A stretch of DNA of 64,000 nt from Octopus vulgaris. Its lineage: Eukaryota. Under the pieces are notes generated by a model. It saw only the letters and a program-made list of their open reading frames with translations. It was not told where the DNA came from and ran no database searches. The first letter of the stretch is position 1. Each line of letters starts with the position of its first letter. Location of the stretch: contig OX597816.1 in the NCBI GenBank assembly GCA_951406725.2, forward strand, positions 15,066,001 to 15,130,000, written 5' to 3'. The translations under genes were made by a program, and so were the position numbers. Positions 40,646 to 54,014 of this stretch are shown in pieces.

Positions 40646-41269
40646 GTTAAAAGGTATTATAAAATGTCAAACATTAAAAACATAGGACGAGGATATTTAA
40701 AATGAAATTTCTCACGGGCAAATTTTCCTACAGTAATAAAGTCGCCAGTGAGATTTCCTATAACTCATATTACAACAAAAACAAATCACGATTTGAGGTA
40801 AACTAAAAAAAAAAACAACTTAATATTGCAATATCTTGACCTCGATTTATTCTCTATGCTTTCAAGGCATGAATTCATTCTTATTTAGATTGACTTGGAT
40901 AGCTTCAATATTCCTTGAGGCAAGGTGAAGTCATTAATATCACTTTCTTTTTTACTACGTTTCATTTTAATCAGTTTTCTCACCGAGAGACTTGTAGTTT
41001 TGTAATTTTTTTCAACATGATTTTATGGCTCCACATATTGCACTAAAAATACACACACACATACACGTATTTATAACAGTATAATAAAAGTTATATATAT
41101 CATAACACAATGGTTCGTCATGTTTCATAAACAGTTAGGCATTTCATAAACTTTATTACTGCACATTATGAATATATTTAGCTTTTAGTAGAGTAAAGGG
41201 TACGCAGTGACAATTGCGTTGCAAACTGTAACATGCACACACACGTGTGTGTGTGTATGTGTGTGTACA

Positions 41270-41810
41270 TATGTATGTTCTTCTCTGTTTTTGATTATTT
41301 GAAATCTTCCTCTAAGGAAGGAACTGATATCTAACAATGATGCAAGACTTTGTTGTTTGAATCATCATCATCATCATTGTTTAACATCTGCTTTCCATGG
41401 TAGCATGGGTTGGATGGTTTGACTGAGGACTGGCAAACCAGATGGCTGCACCAGGCTCCAATCTTGATCTGGCAGAGTTTCTACAGCTGGATGCCCTTCC
41501 TAGTGCCAACCACTCCGAAAGGGTAGTGGGTGCTTTTATGTGCCACCGGCATGAGGGCCAGTCAGGTGGTACTGGCAACGGCCATGCTCAAATGGTGCTT
41601 TTTATGTGCCACATGCACAAGAGCCAGTCCAGCGGCACTGGCAATAACCTCGCTTGAAAAACCTGTCACAGTTTAAACTTGAGAAAAGTCTTGCATATTT
41701 TTACTGTTCCACTTATAGATTGCAATTGTAATGTGTAAGTTAGTTGGTTGATTTCTTTTTCTGAAAACCCTAGCTCACCAAAATTGTTAAATGGGCATTA
41801 ACCAAATGCA
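41270..41810 (-). pseudogene. RLE-type LINE 3' end, split by a family C insertion
   Basis: Reverse complement KEINQLTYTLQLQSISGTVKICKTFLKFKL*; 3'UTR resumes at ~41350. Confidence 0.6.
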
Positions 41811-42337
41811 CTAATTAATTGGTTTAAATGTAAATTTATAATATGGCTAATTATGTATGTCTACTACACAATCATCTGCATGTATGTATGTGCATATGTA
41901 ATGTGTAAACATGCAAACCACACAACATGGAAATTTATCCTTCAAACAGCCTGATACACAAACTTTCATAATCTTTGGATTAAGACCCAAAGTTCAAGAA
42001 GGGTAGACTGTAAAAGTGTTGGCTGTTCCCTGACAGATTTGCGCGGAGGTGGTACCATGGCCAATCAGGTAAATCCAAGGTGTGGTTATTGCTAGTTGAA
42101 AACCCGACAGATTTGTGATCGAGCCTGTGGCAGTGGAGACTGTCGGTGTTCTCAGCCACCACATCACATCCCTACTCACTGCTGCCAGAGTAGGGATGCC
42201 TATCCACTAGTTCAAGTCCTGTCAGTCAGTCAGAGTGGCTGTTCCAATGCATATCCCTTGCCATTCTCTAGGGCAATGCCTTTTCTAGTTTGTCTGCTGG
42301 GACCATGAGATGGACCGACAGGCCTTTTTAAATATTA

Positions 42338-42710
42338 CTAGCAGTATTACCCGGCGTTGCTCGTTTAAAATTGGAATTTTTGAAAAGTAAAAATTTTGCA
42401 TTATGTAGCTTGTTATTCTCTTTAAGTGAACATTTTTCTGGTTGAAATACACCAAAAAATGGCGACACAGCAGTAAAAAAATCGTAAAAAATAGGGATTT
42501 TCATAGAATAAAAGCACCTTTTTGATGTAAATAATTTTTGGTGTTAACATGGTCTGATTTGAAATTTTTCTTCTACAGAAGGAAGAGCAAGCCTTCTTCT
42601 ATCATACTCTCAATTTTGGTCAACTTGCACTGCAGGGTCTCGGAGGAGATAGTGTTAGTTGAAGGCTACCAAACCTGCCATACACACACAACTTCAGATT
42701 TATATATAGA
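42338..42710 (-). mobile_element. Non-autonomous Helitron
   Basis: Minus strand starts TCtatatata and ends cgagcaacgccgggtaatactgCTAG|t (GC hairpin near CTAG). Confidence 0.7.
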
Positions 42711-44145
42711 GAGATTTGTTATTTCTTACTTTCATCATAACCATTATCATCATCATTTAATGTTTGCTTTCCATGCTGGCATAAGTTGGACAGTTTGATA
42801 GGAACTGGCTAACTGGAGGGCTGCACCAGGCTCCACTCATCTGTTCTGGCATGGTTTCTATGGCTTGATGCCCTCCCAAATGGCAATCACTTTACAGAGT
42901 GTACTGGGTACCTTTTATGCGATGCCAGCACAGGTGGTTTTAATGTGATGCTGGCTCTCTATGCGCGACTGGCATAGATGCTTCTTACACGGAACTTACT
43001 CTCTTACTCTTTTACTTGCTTCAGTCATTTTACTGCGGCCATGCAGGAGCACCGCCTTTAGTCGAGCAAATCAACACAAGGGCTTATTCTTTGTAAACCT
43101 AGTACTTATTCTATCGGTCTCTTTTGCTGAGCCACTAAGTCACGGGGACGTAAACACACTAGCATCGGTTGTCAAGCAATGTTGGGGGGACAAACACAGA
43201 CACACAAACATGCACACACACATATATATACGTATATCGTATTATACATATATCAAACACACACATATATATACATATATTGTAGGGTGACCTGCTGTGC
43301 TTGAGGAGACCTATTGAGTCAAGTACGTCAACATCAGCATCAAAATAAAACTCAAATGGAAATTGTAGTTATGATACCTGTGCTGGTGGCACATAAAAAG
43401 CACCATCTGAACGTGGATGTTTGCCAGCCGCCTCTGGCCTCTGTGTCAGTGGCACGTAAAAAGCCCCACAACACTAACAAAGTGGTTGGCGTTAGGAAGG
43501 GCATCCAGCTGTAGGAACACTGCCAGATCAGACTGTATCTGGTGCAGCCTCCTGGCTTCCCAGACTCCAGTTGAACCGTCCAACCCATGCTAGCATGGAA
43601 AATGGATGTTAAACAATGATGATGATACATATATGCGATGGGCTTCTTTTCAGTTTCTGTCTTCCAAATCCACTCGCAAGGCTTTGGTCAACCTGAGGCT
43701 ACAGTAGAAAACACTTGCCCAAGGTGCCATGCAGTGGGACTGAACCCGGAACCATGTGGTTTGTAAGCAAGCTACTTATCACACAGCCACTCCTATGTAA
43801 AATTTATGTAAATCTACATAGGCACCACTTTGCTCCCATGTTCTTTGCATGTCACCAAATAAATAAATATAGATTACATTTGTGCAATAAAAAAAATGAG
43901 TGACTAACACATCTCTCTTATCTTTCTTTATTCTATAGAAAAGAAAAAAAGAAAAAAAATATTTTTACTACTGAGTGGTTTTGAACATCATTTATGCAGT
44001 TTCCTACATACAAAACCTCTTTAGAAATACCATAACAAGATCAATTGTTGTATTTTTATTGCTTTTATAGATCTTCTATAAACAGGCACTTGTATGTAAA
44101 ATTTATTTTTTCTTTATCGAACAATCATCATCATTGTCATCATCG

Positions 44146-44192
<47 letters not shown>

Positions 44193-45114
44193 GTCATCAT
44201 CATCGTTGTCCTCATCATCATCGTTGTCGTCGTCGTCATCATTGTCATCATCATTTAACATCTATTGTCCATGCTGGCATGGGTTGGACAGTCTGACCAG
44301 GCTGGCATGCTTGAAGGCTGCACCAGACACCAGTCTAATCTGGCATGGGTTTTCTACGGCTGGATGCCCTTCCTAACGCCAACCATTCTGAGAGTGCAAT
44401 GAGTACTCTCATGTGTCACTGGCACGGGTGCCATTTGCACGATACTGGGATGTTTTTAAGTGCCACGATTGTGATTTTGCTCGGCTTGATGGGTCTTCTT
44501 GTCAAGCACGACATAATGCCTCCATGAGGCCCAACACTCGAAAGGAACTCAGCCACCTTGCCTCCACGTTCTTTGTGTGCCACAAAATAAATAAATAAAT
44601 ATAGATGACATTTGTGAAATAATATAAAAAAATTAATGACTATCATATCTCTCTTACCTTTCTTTACTCTTTTACTCTTTTACTTGTTTCATTCATTTCA
44701 CTGTGGCCGTGCTGGAGCACCACCTTTTGTCGAGCAAATCGACCCAAGAACTTATTCTTTGTAAGCCTAGTACTTATTCTATTGGTCTCTTTTGCTGAAC
44801 TGCTAAGTTACAGGGATGTAAACACACCAGCATCAGTTGTCAAGCAACGTTGCGAGGACAAACACAGACGCACAAACAAACAAACAAACAAACAAACATA
44901 CATACATACATACATACATACAAACAAACATACATACATACATACATACATACATACATACATACATACATACATACATACATACATACATACATACATA
45001 CATACATACATACATACATACATACATACATACATACATACATACATACATACATACATACATACAAACAAACATACATACATACATACATACATACATA
45101 CATACATACATACA

Positions 45115-45146
<32 letters not shown>

Positions 45147-45993
45147 ACACTATACTTGTTCCATGTTCTCACGTTGTTGTGTTTTCTCTTTGTGTTCTCA
45201 TGTTTGGATTAACTTTATATATATATATATATATACAACGGGCTTCTTTCAGTTTCCATCTACCAAATCCACTCACAAGGCTTTGATTGGCCTTAGGCTA
45301 TAATAGAAGACACTTGCCAAAGGTGCTATGCAGTGGGACTGAACCCGGAACCATGTTGTTCGTTAGCAAGCTACTTACCATACAGCCACTCCTGCGCCCA
45401 TGAAAAGAAAAAGATTTTAAATGTTTTGAACATCATTTATGTAGTTTCCTGCATACAAAACCTCTTTAGACAAACCATAACAAGAGAAATTGTGTTATTT
45501 TTATTGCTTTTATAGATCTTCTGTCTCGAGTATTGATTAAGACACAATAATTATCTTATTCTTTCCCTAAACAGATGATGGGAATATGGGAATAGTAGAA
45601 CACCTGACTAAACAGAGTTACAGGTAATATCTGGCAGAAAGTAATCTACACCAATTTATCAGATAATACTGAAGATACAAAAGCGATGCATTACTTGGAA
45701 AACATATTCTTAAATAACAAGTAACCAGTTATAAAAAAGAAACAGAACAAAAATCACCCACAGCCATTCTCGAGTATAGAAGAGATAAAACAAGATTCTG
45801 CTGTACTTCGACATTGCTATCTCACTGCAAAGGATTGTCTGAGAACATTCTGAGAGTCTGCAGCGTATGTAACGTAAGAACTGTAATCAAAATTAACACC
45901 ATACTGTGCAGATTTCTTACTAAAGTAAAACCTAGCTAGCAATGAATACAACTGCATTTGTAATATCTCCATGATTTTTGTTTAAGGTCTTGG

Positions 45994-46113
45994 GAAGAAG
46001 AAGAAGAAGAAGAAGAAGAAGAAGAAGAAGAAGAAGAAGAAGAAGAAGAAGAAGAAGAAGAAGAAGAAGAAGAAGAAGAAGAAGAAGAAGAAGAAGAAGA
46101 AGAAGAAGAAGAA
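45994..46113. repeat. Pure (GAA)40 microsatellite
   Basis: Directly visible. Confidence 0.95.
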
Positions 46114-46621
46114 GCTGGGAGATTTTACAGTTTACAAACTCTTTTACTCTTTTACTTGTTTCAGTCATTTGACTGCGGCCATGCTGGAGCACCGCCTTTA
46201 GTCGAGCAACTCGACCCCGGGACTTATTCTTTGTAAGCCCAGTACTTATTCTATCGGTCTCTTTTGCCGAACCGCTAAGTAACGGGGACATAAACACACC
46301 AGCATCGGTTGTCAAGCAATGCTAGGGGGATAAACACAGACACACACGCATATATATATATATACATATATACGACAGGCTTCTTTCAGTTTCCGTCTAC
46401 CAAATCCACTTACAAGGCTCTGGTCGGCCCGAGGCTATAGTAGAAGACTCTTGCCCAAGGTGCCATGCAGTGGGACTGAACCCGGAACCATGTGGTTGGT
46501 AAACAAGCTACTTACCACACATCCACTCCTGGTTGTTCAGTCGAGAAGTTTATTTTTCCAACTGTGTGATCATTGGTTCAGTCTCACTGCATGGTACTTT
46601 GGGCAAGTACCCAAAGGTACT

Positions 46622-47040
46622 GAAGGCAGCGAGCTGGCAGAAATGATAGCACGCCGGACGAAATGCTCAGCAGTATTTCGTCTGCCGCTACGTTCTGAGT
46701 TCAAATTCCACCGAGGTCAACTTTGCCTTTCATCCTTTTGGGGTTGATTAAATAAGTACCAGGTATGCACTGGGGTCGATATAATCGACTTAAACCGTTT
46801 GTCTTTACTTGTTTGTCCTCTCTGTGTTTAGCCCCTTGTGGGTAGTAAAGAAATAGGTATTTCGTCTGCCGTTACGTTCTGACTTCAAATTCCGCCGAGG
46901 TCAACTTTGCCTTTCATCCTTTCGGGGTTGATTAAATAAGTACCAGTTACGCACTGGGGTCGATATAATCGACTTAAACCGTTTGTCTTTACTTGCTTGT
47001 CCTCTCTGTGTGTAGCCCCTTGTGGGCAGTAAAGAAATAG
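46622..47040 (+). mobile_element. SINE family B with tandemly duplicated body and target-site duplication
   Basis: Body repeated at ~46673 and ~46857; ggtactttgggcaagt on both sides. Confidence 0.85.
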
Positions 47041-47299
47041 GTACTTTGGGCAAGTGTCTTCAACTATAGCTCCAGACTGATCAAAGCTTTGTGAGTGGAT
47101 TTAGTTGATGGGAATCGAAAGAAGCCCATGTCATTCATTTACCCATTTTCTGCAAGAATATATTTGCCATGGGGAAATATTACCTTGCTTGGAAACAAGT
47201 GAGTGTTTGGTGACAGGAAGAACATCCAGCTGTAGAAAAATCTGCCTCAAATAAAATTTGCCTGACCTATGCAAACATGGAGAAGTAGATGTTAAATGT

Positions 47300-47448
47300 T
47301 GATGATGATGATGATGATGATGAGGAGGAGGAGGAGGAGGAGGAGAAGGTGGATGAGGATGATGAAGATGTTGATGATGATGATGATGTTGATGATGATG
47401 ATGATGATGATGACGAAGATATTGATGATGAGGATGGTGATAATGATG

Positions 47449-47518
<70 letters not shown>

Positions 47519-47608
47519 CGATGATGAAGATATTGATGATGAGGATGATGATGATGAAGATGATGATGATGAGGATGGTGATGATGAGGATGACGACGAT
47601 GATGATGT

Positions 47609-47639
<31 letters not shown>

Positions 47640-47665
47640 GATGATGATGATGACGATGACGATGT
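47300..47665. repeat. (GAT)n expansion from a retroposon tail
   Basis: Follows gttaaat at the end of a diverged family C copy. Confidence 0.9.
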
Positions 47666-48340
47666 TAATTATATTTACGTATTCCACTGATTCCACTGTA
47701 AGAAAAAAATGATTGCTGATGTTCCCTGTTTAGCACTATATATGGACTCAACCAGCAAATGGATAATGGGAAATACTCTTTGAAGTAATTCCATGAATGG
47801 AACACAGTCTCAGTGACAAAGCACAATAGAAAGCATCATCTATTCAGCTCTTTGAAAGCTGAGACAAATTATTAAACTAAACCATCCATCATTAAGTTAT
47901 ATTTTAGCTCAAAATTTAATTGCATGTGTGCACACTTCCACTTGCGTAAATGCATTAGCTTTTGTTTTGACAAATGCATGCTGTTGCTAGGGCAAATTCT
48001 GTTAATAATTAACTGCAGCTAATTAACAAGATGCTATCTGTTGTTCACAGGTGTTACTAAACAAAATGAGCTGCTAATGAATACGGATGTTCAAGCAGGT
48101 TGTTAATGAAATCTTATTTAGCAGAAGCTTCTTGCAATTAGTGAAAACAGGGTGGGGCAAGTTATATAGATATAATCACATACATACATACATGCATTTA
48201 CATTATTCATACCATGTTATCCTGAGTTCAGTCCCGCTGTATGGCACCTTGGGCAAATATTTTCTACTATAGCCCTGGCCTGTCCATAGCCTTGTGAGTA
48301 GATTTGGTAAATGGAAATGGAAAGAAGCCTGTTGTATATA

Positions 48341-48563
48341 CAGGGTGCAGTAGAAAGGTTGCCCTGATTTCAAAGGTTAATAAAAAACAAACACTTGATG
48401 ATACACAAAAAAAAATGATGATCTCCATTCCAGGCCATGGTACTTACTATCTGAAACAAGGCATTTAATGAACTTCATAGAAATACAAAATTTTTTCATG
48501 CATCTTCATGTGTCTGTTTTTTATTAACCTTTGAAATCGGGGCAACCTTTCTACAGCATCCTG
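48341..48563. mobile_element. Tc1/mariner-type MITE with ~55-bp TIRs
   Basis: TA|cagggtgcagtagaaaggttgccctgatttcaaaggttaataaaaaac ... gttttttattaacctttgaaatcggggcaacctttctacagcatcctg|TA. Confidence 0.85.
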
Positions 48564-48938
48564 TATATCTTTTATCTCTCATCTTTTATTTGTTTCAGTC
48601 ATTATAGTACAGCTTAGTGTGAACTCCACCTTGAAGAATTTGTAGTAAATAAATCGAATCCAGTACTTCTTAAGCTTGGTACATATTCTGTCAGTTTTTT
48701 TTGCCAAAATGCTAAGTTACGAAGATGTAAAAACACCAACATATCAAGCAGTTGTAGGGGATGAATACAGATACAAAAAATTAGACACACACACGTTCAT
48801 ACCATGTGGTCTTGTGTTCAGTCCAACTCTTGATCAAAGTCTTGTGAGTGGATTTGGTAGACAGAAACTGAAAGAAGCTCATTCTATGTGTCCATACATA
48901 CATACATACATACATACATACATACATACATGCATACA

Positions 48939-48972
<34 letters not shown>

Positions 48973-49019
48973 CATAAATACACACACACACACATGCCCA
49001 TATGCACCCCGATTCCTCA

Positions 49020-50328
49020 TGAATACAGAACAGAAGCTATACAACTCTAGCTGGGAAAATTCCATTCTTGGCCGAATTGGAAAAAGATTCATCATTGAGG
49101 GGATAAAATTCATTTTACACAATAACCTTTTTAACTTCGACAAAAACGCCTACAGACAAAAATCTGGAACTGCGATGGGAATGAGGTTACCCCCTACTAA
49201 CCTTGTCATGGCATACTAAGAAGTCCAAATATACAAACATGCCAAACTGAAATTTATTGAGAATTTTCAAAAATACTTACTTGCTAACTGGAAACGCTAC
49301 ATAGATGAAGGTAATCACAACATTGATCAACTCTTGGAATTTAAAAACTTAATTAACACTATTAGCTACAGTATCCAATTTACAATGGAATACAGTCACA
49401 AACAGCAAGTACTCTTTCTGTACATTTTAATCATAAAAGAAGATACTGACAGTGAAATCAACACCTAATTTAACCAACAGACTCAAAACAATATCTGCTA
49501 TTAATTTCCTGCCATCCAAAGCGTACTAAAATCAATTTACCTTTTAACTTGGAAAGAACACTTTGCATGATTGCATCTAATCCTGAAACACAAGATAAAC
49601 GACTCTGAGAAATTAAAATTATATAATTAGAAAGAAAATACATGGTTAGTTTAATCAAAAACAGAACAGAACAGTGAAAAATGGTAGACATCCAAGAATT
49701 ACTAAAAACAAGAAAACCCCCTGACACACTTAAAACTTTGTCTTATTAACCAACACACAATTCAAGGAGCATGGAAACATACAATGTTGTCAATCAGAAT
49801 ATGACCCACCTGTTGAATAACCTGAGAATGAAAAAATACTTGAAGCACATAATATCATTAATTGTAAAAGACATCTCAAATCTCTAAAAAGGTTACTTAC
49901 CAGTGCCAAATTAGACACCAGAAATACACCCCACTACTAAAGAAATGCAACCACTCTAACTGTGGGACCTGCGTCAATTTTATGGAAGGTTCAACATATG
50001 ACAAATATTCACTATAAAAAATCATTTTACCTGTGCATCAAAGAACTTAATTTATGTTCTCCACTGTGGTGGGTGTTGTGGGAACTACATGGGTCAAATG
50101 AGCTTGACCTTGAGGGACAGACTGACGGTACATAGACAACAGATCCAGGACCTCACAACCACGAAAATTCCCATAAGTAAATACTTAGATCAATGCTCCA
50201 CAAACATACATTCAAAATACCAAATTCTCCCTCTTTATCAATGCACCAGAAACACTTCAACACAATTCCAATTAAATAAGGAAAGTATGTTCATCAAAAA
50301 ATACAAACCACAACTAAATATCTTATAA
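49020..50328 (+). pseudogene. Decayed Penelope-like element (RT + thumb + Cys-rich linker + GIY-YIG), Neptune-like
   Basis: FILHNNLFNFD..YRQKSGTAMG; WKRYIDE; IQFTMEYS; PTDSKQYL...CHPK..KINLPF; CNHSNCGTC; FTCASKNLIYVLHC..C...YMGQ...LRDRLTVHRQQI; many stops and frameshifts. Confidence 0.9.
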
Positions 50329-50785
50329 TAACACACAAGAAAGAGAAAATCCAATTTATTCATGAAAAATGACCAGAGACAACAGATATAAATTGAAAAG
50401 TTCAAGTAACAGACCTCCTCATAGATTCAAAACCCCAATTCCATTCTACAGTACAATAACATCATACACCTTCTCAAACATCAGTTGCTGACATCATCCC
50501 AGACTAAACCAATGACCTTTTTCTCTAGTCAAAACCGGACTCTCAGGAAAAAATAAACATTGAGTCAACTAAACCAGTGACTTCTTAAGAGAACCAACCA
50601 CCTGGAATGCCAGATGACCTTCAGGAAGAAACAGGTTATAATAAAAAATCAACTAGAATACTATATATATGTATTTATGACCAGACTAGCAAATGTTGCT
50701 ACACATTGCTGGTCACAATGCACTTTGCATTGTTTTAGCCTTCAAATGACGCCACCCCACTGGTTAAGCGAGCAGGCCAATATAT

Positions 50786-50847
<62 letters not shown>

Positions 50848-50884
50848 TAATAAATAAAATAATATATAAATATAAAAATATACA

Positions 50885-51745
50885 TACATACATAAATGAC
50901 TTGCCCGACGACCTCACGCAGCACACCCTTCTATTTGCCGATGATGTCAAACTGGTTGCTCCTCGCAGTGATATAGAGGATCTTCGTCGATGCCTCCACC
51001 AAATTTGGAGGTGGTCTAACGAATGGGACCTGTGTTTGAACGTGTCAAAGTGCTGTCATCTGCCTGTTGGCTCTCCTCCTGCAACTCAACTTGTTGGCAG
51101 CATGGACGCACTGGGCCGAAGGCTGCCAACAAAGCACGCGGAATTCTGTTCTTGATTCGACGGTCATTCGGAATGCTCACAGCAGCCATATTCCTACCAC
51201 TTTATGTCACGCTGGTGAGACCCATATTGGAATACGGGATTCAAGCCTCTTCTCCTTGTCTCCTCAAAGACATACATCATCTCGAAAGAGTCCAGAAGCT
51301 GGCTACCCGCATGGTTCATGGTCTCAAAAATTTGTCCTATGAAGAAAGGCTGAGGACGCTCGACCTTTATTCTCTAGAAAAACGCCGCCGCCGTGGTGAT
51401 CTCATTCTCGCCCACAGCATCATAAGCGGAAAGTGTAACCTCTCGAAAGAGCTGTTCTTTACTCCTGCTCCAGAGCGTCAGCTGCGGGGTCATTCCGAAA
51501 AGCTCTACCTGCGACGATTTCATCTCAATCGAAGGAGAGGAGCTTTCTCCGTCCGGGTTGCGGATCCGTGGAACAAGCTGCCAGACGAGATGGTGAAGAT
51601 GCCGACGACCACTTTGTTCAAAGCCTCCCTTGACCTCAAGTGGCCTGAACTCTTTACATGAACACCACCCTGTACTTAACTCCATGTCCCCCAACATGGC
51701 CTTGCTATTTGCTTTTGAGCCAAATTAACTAACTAACTAACTAAC
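50885..51745 (+). mobile_element. 5'-truncated CR1-group LINE with internal deletion and (TAAC)n tail
   Basis: YINDLP...LFADDVKL; ORF 51023-51661: LYVTLVRPILEYG...LERVQKLATRMV.GLKNLSYEERLRTLDLYSLEKRRRRGDLI...FSVRVADPWNKLP. Confidence 0.9.
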
Positions 51746-52274
51746 ATATATTGGTTGGCATCCTTTTTGTCTCGGGAGACAGTGGAGTTGCGCATAAAGT
51801 AGTCTAGTCCGGCTTTGACATTTCATGTCCTGATACATTTCCTGCTGTGGCTGTGTAGTCCTATATATATATTTGTATATATATATATAAAATTTATAAA
51901 TTTAAATTATTTAAATAATTTTTTATTTTTAACTTTTATATTTTTTAATTAATTTTATGTATTGGCTTATGTTTTTCACTGTTTGATTTGCCTAATAGTG
52001 GTTTTATCTCTAATTTAATATAATATGTATATATATATATATATATGATTTGTGAAATAAAGCCACCATTGGTTTCATGTTAAGGAAGGCCTTAAAAATT
52101 ATCAAGCTTATCCTGTGGAACATTGGTGTTCATCAATATTTTGAATTGCAATGCCAAAGTGTAGATGACCACTGATGTTCCATGTGATAGGCTTGATAAT
52201 TGTTAAGGGCTTCCTTACCAAGAAACAAATCAAGAATCTTTATTGAGCATTCATTCTCATTGTTTGCTATCTGT

Positions 52275-52463
52275 GTGTGTGTATATATGTATGTATGTAT
52301 GTATGTATATATATATATATGTATGTATGTATGTATATACGTATGTATGTATGTATGTATGTATATACGTATGTATGTATGTATGTATGTATGTATATAC
52401 GTATGTATGTATGTATGTATGTATGTATGTATGTATATATGTATGTATATATATGTATGTATG

Positions 52464-52525
<62 letters not shown>

Positions 52526-52547
52526 TGTATGTATGTATGTATGTATG

Positions 52548-52581
<34 letters not shown>

Positions 52582-52587
52582 TGTATG

Positions 52588-52621
<34 letters not shown>

Positions 52622-52751
52622 TGTATGTATGTATTTATATATGTATGTATGTATTTATGTATGTATATATGTATGTATGTATGTATATATGTATGTATGT
52701 ATCTATGTATATATGTATGTATGTATATATGTATGTATATATGTATGTAAG

Positions 52752-52782
<31 letters not shown>

Positions 52783-52880
52783 ATATGTATGTATGTATAT
52801 ATGTATGTATGTATATACATACTATCTATGTGTGTGTGTGTGTATGTATATATATATGTATGTATGTATGTATGTATACA
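52275..52880. repeat. (TATG)n microsatellite array
   Basis: Directly visible. Confidence 0.95.
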
Positions 52881-53015
52881 GTGTTAGGTATGGTCTACAG
52901 ATATTGAATATTCTGAAAAAAGGTTGCCAGAATTTTGGGAAAAAATCATTTTATTTTATTTCACTTTTGGATTTGGTTTGTAAAATTCTTTATATGAGTT
53001 CATGTGTTGAAGCAT

Positions 53016-53150
53016 ATTCTGTTGTGTTCTGGGGAGAGTCATTCTCTTTTAGTGCCTTATAATTTAACACACTCACTGGTAAAATTTCCGGTGAGTGTGT
53101 TAAATTGTTAAGCACTAAATGATAATAACTCTCTCCAGACACAACAGAAT
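53016..53150. repeat. ~135-bp foldback of a dispersed repeat
   Basis: aatttaacacactcactgg-taaaattt-ccggtgagtgtgttaaatt core; single-arm copy at ~59171-59250. Confidence 0.8.
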
Positions 53151-53529
53151 CGTTTTATTTATTCGTTATTATTAGTGCTTTTGTTCATTTCTCAAACTTG
53201 TCAAATAGAATTTTGTGAATGTGCAAACAGCTTGTTCATGTATATAAAACAGATGTTTTTGGTGGGTTTTGTTTAGAAGAAGAGAACATTGATTTTGTTT
53301 TTTTGGATGAGCTTCTATAACAATGGAGAGAGATAGATAGAAAGATAGGTTGGTAGATATCTACCTATATATATACATATTAGAGGGAAACCACTATGTG
53401 GACACCCTTATGCTAGAAATAGATCCACTATGGTCTTACCACTAAAAAATGTTCTCAAGAAAAATTTAGCAAAACAACCAAAACGTAATCGAGCAAGACA
53501 AAAGAAAAGGCAATAAAAATATGGATCAT

Positions 53530-53601
53530 TCGCATACATGTTTCACTATTAACATAGTACGAAATTTTACTTACATAAATGTCCGTAGATCATCGGTGCG
53601 A
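53530..53601 (-). ncRNA. Hammerhead-like motif with enlarged stem II (core CCGAUGA)
   Basis: Reverse complement: tcgca-CCGATGA-tcta...tagt-GAAAC-AT-GTA-tgcga; within element 53378-53700, homologous to 61083-61392. Confidence 0.5.
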
Positions 53602-54014
53602 CCATCCAGATGAATATAATTTGCTGGACTGCATACTAGGACGTCCGCACAAAGTCAGATTTGTAAACAGTTCTACCCATTACACTCGTGGTTACTATTT
53701 CAAAAGACCTCGTTTTGGCATGCTAAAATATATACATATATACATATAGTCAATTCAAATAAAGAATTAAAAATGAAAGACAGAAAAGCAATGAACATGA
53801 GGATAAACACAAGAAGTGTATTAGCTTGACACTCACTGAAAGGAGAGAGCTTAATATTTGAAGCATAGCCATTCGTTGGAAAGGAAGAAGGGAAAAATCC
53901 AAGGAAGAAGAAGAAGAAATTTCCAATGGCCCATGCAGAGTGACATTTAGGTGTGAAGCAGGGACTCCCGATATATATGTATACACATATACACATATAT
54001 GGTGTAGATCATTT

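Noticed and set aside
47289-47712. Poly-Asp/poly-Met ORFs
   Set aside because: (GAT)n expansion of a retroposon tail with no splice or domain context
51023-51661. 212-aa ORF as a host gene
   Set aside because: C-terminus of a truncated CR1-group LINE with a (TAAC)n tail
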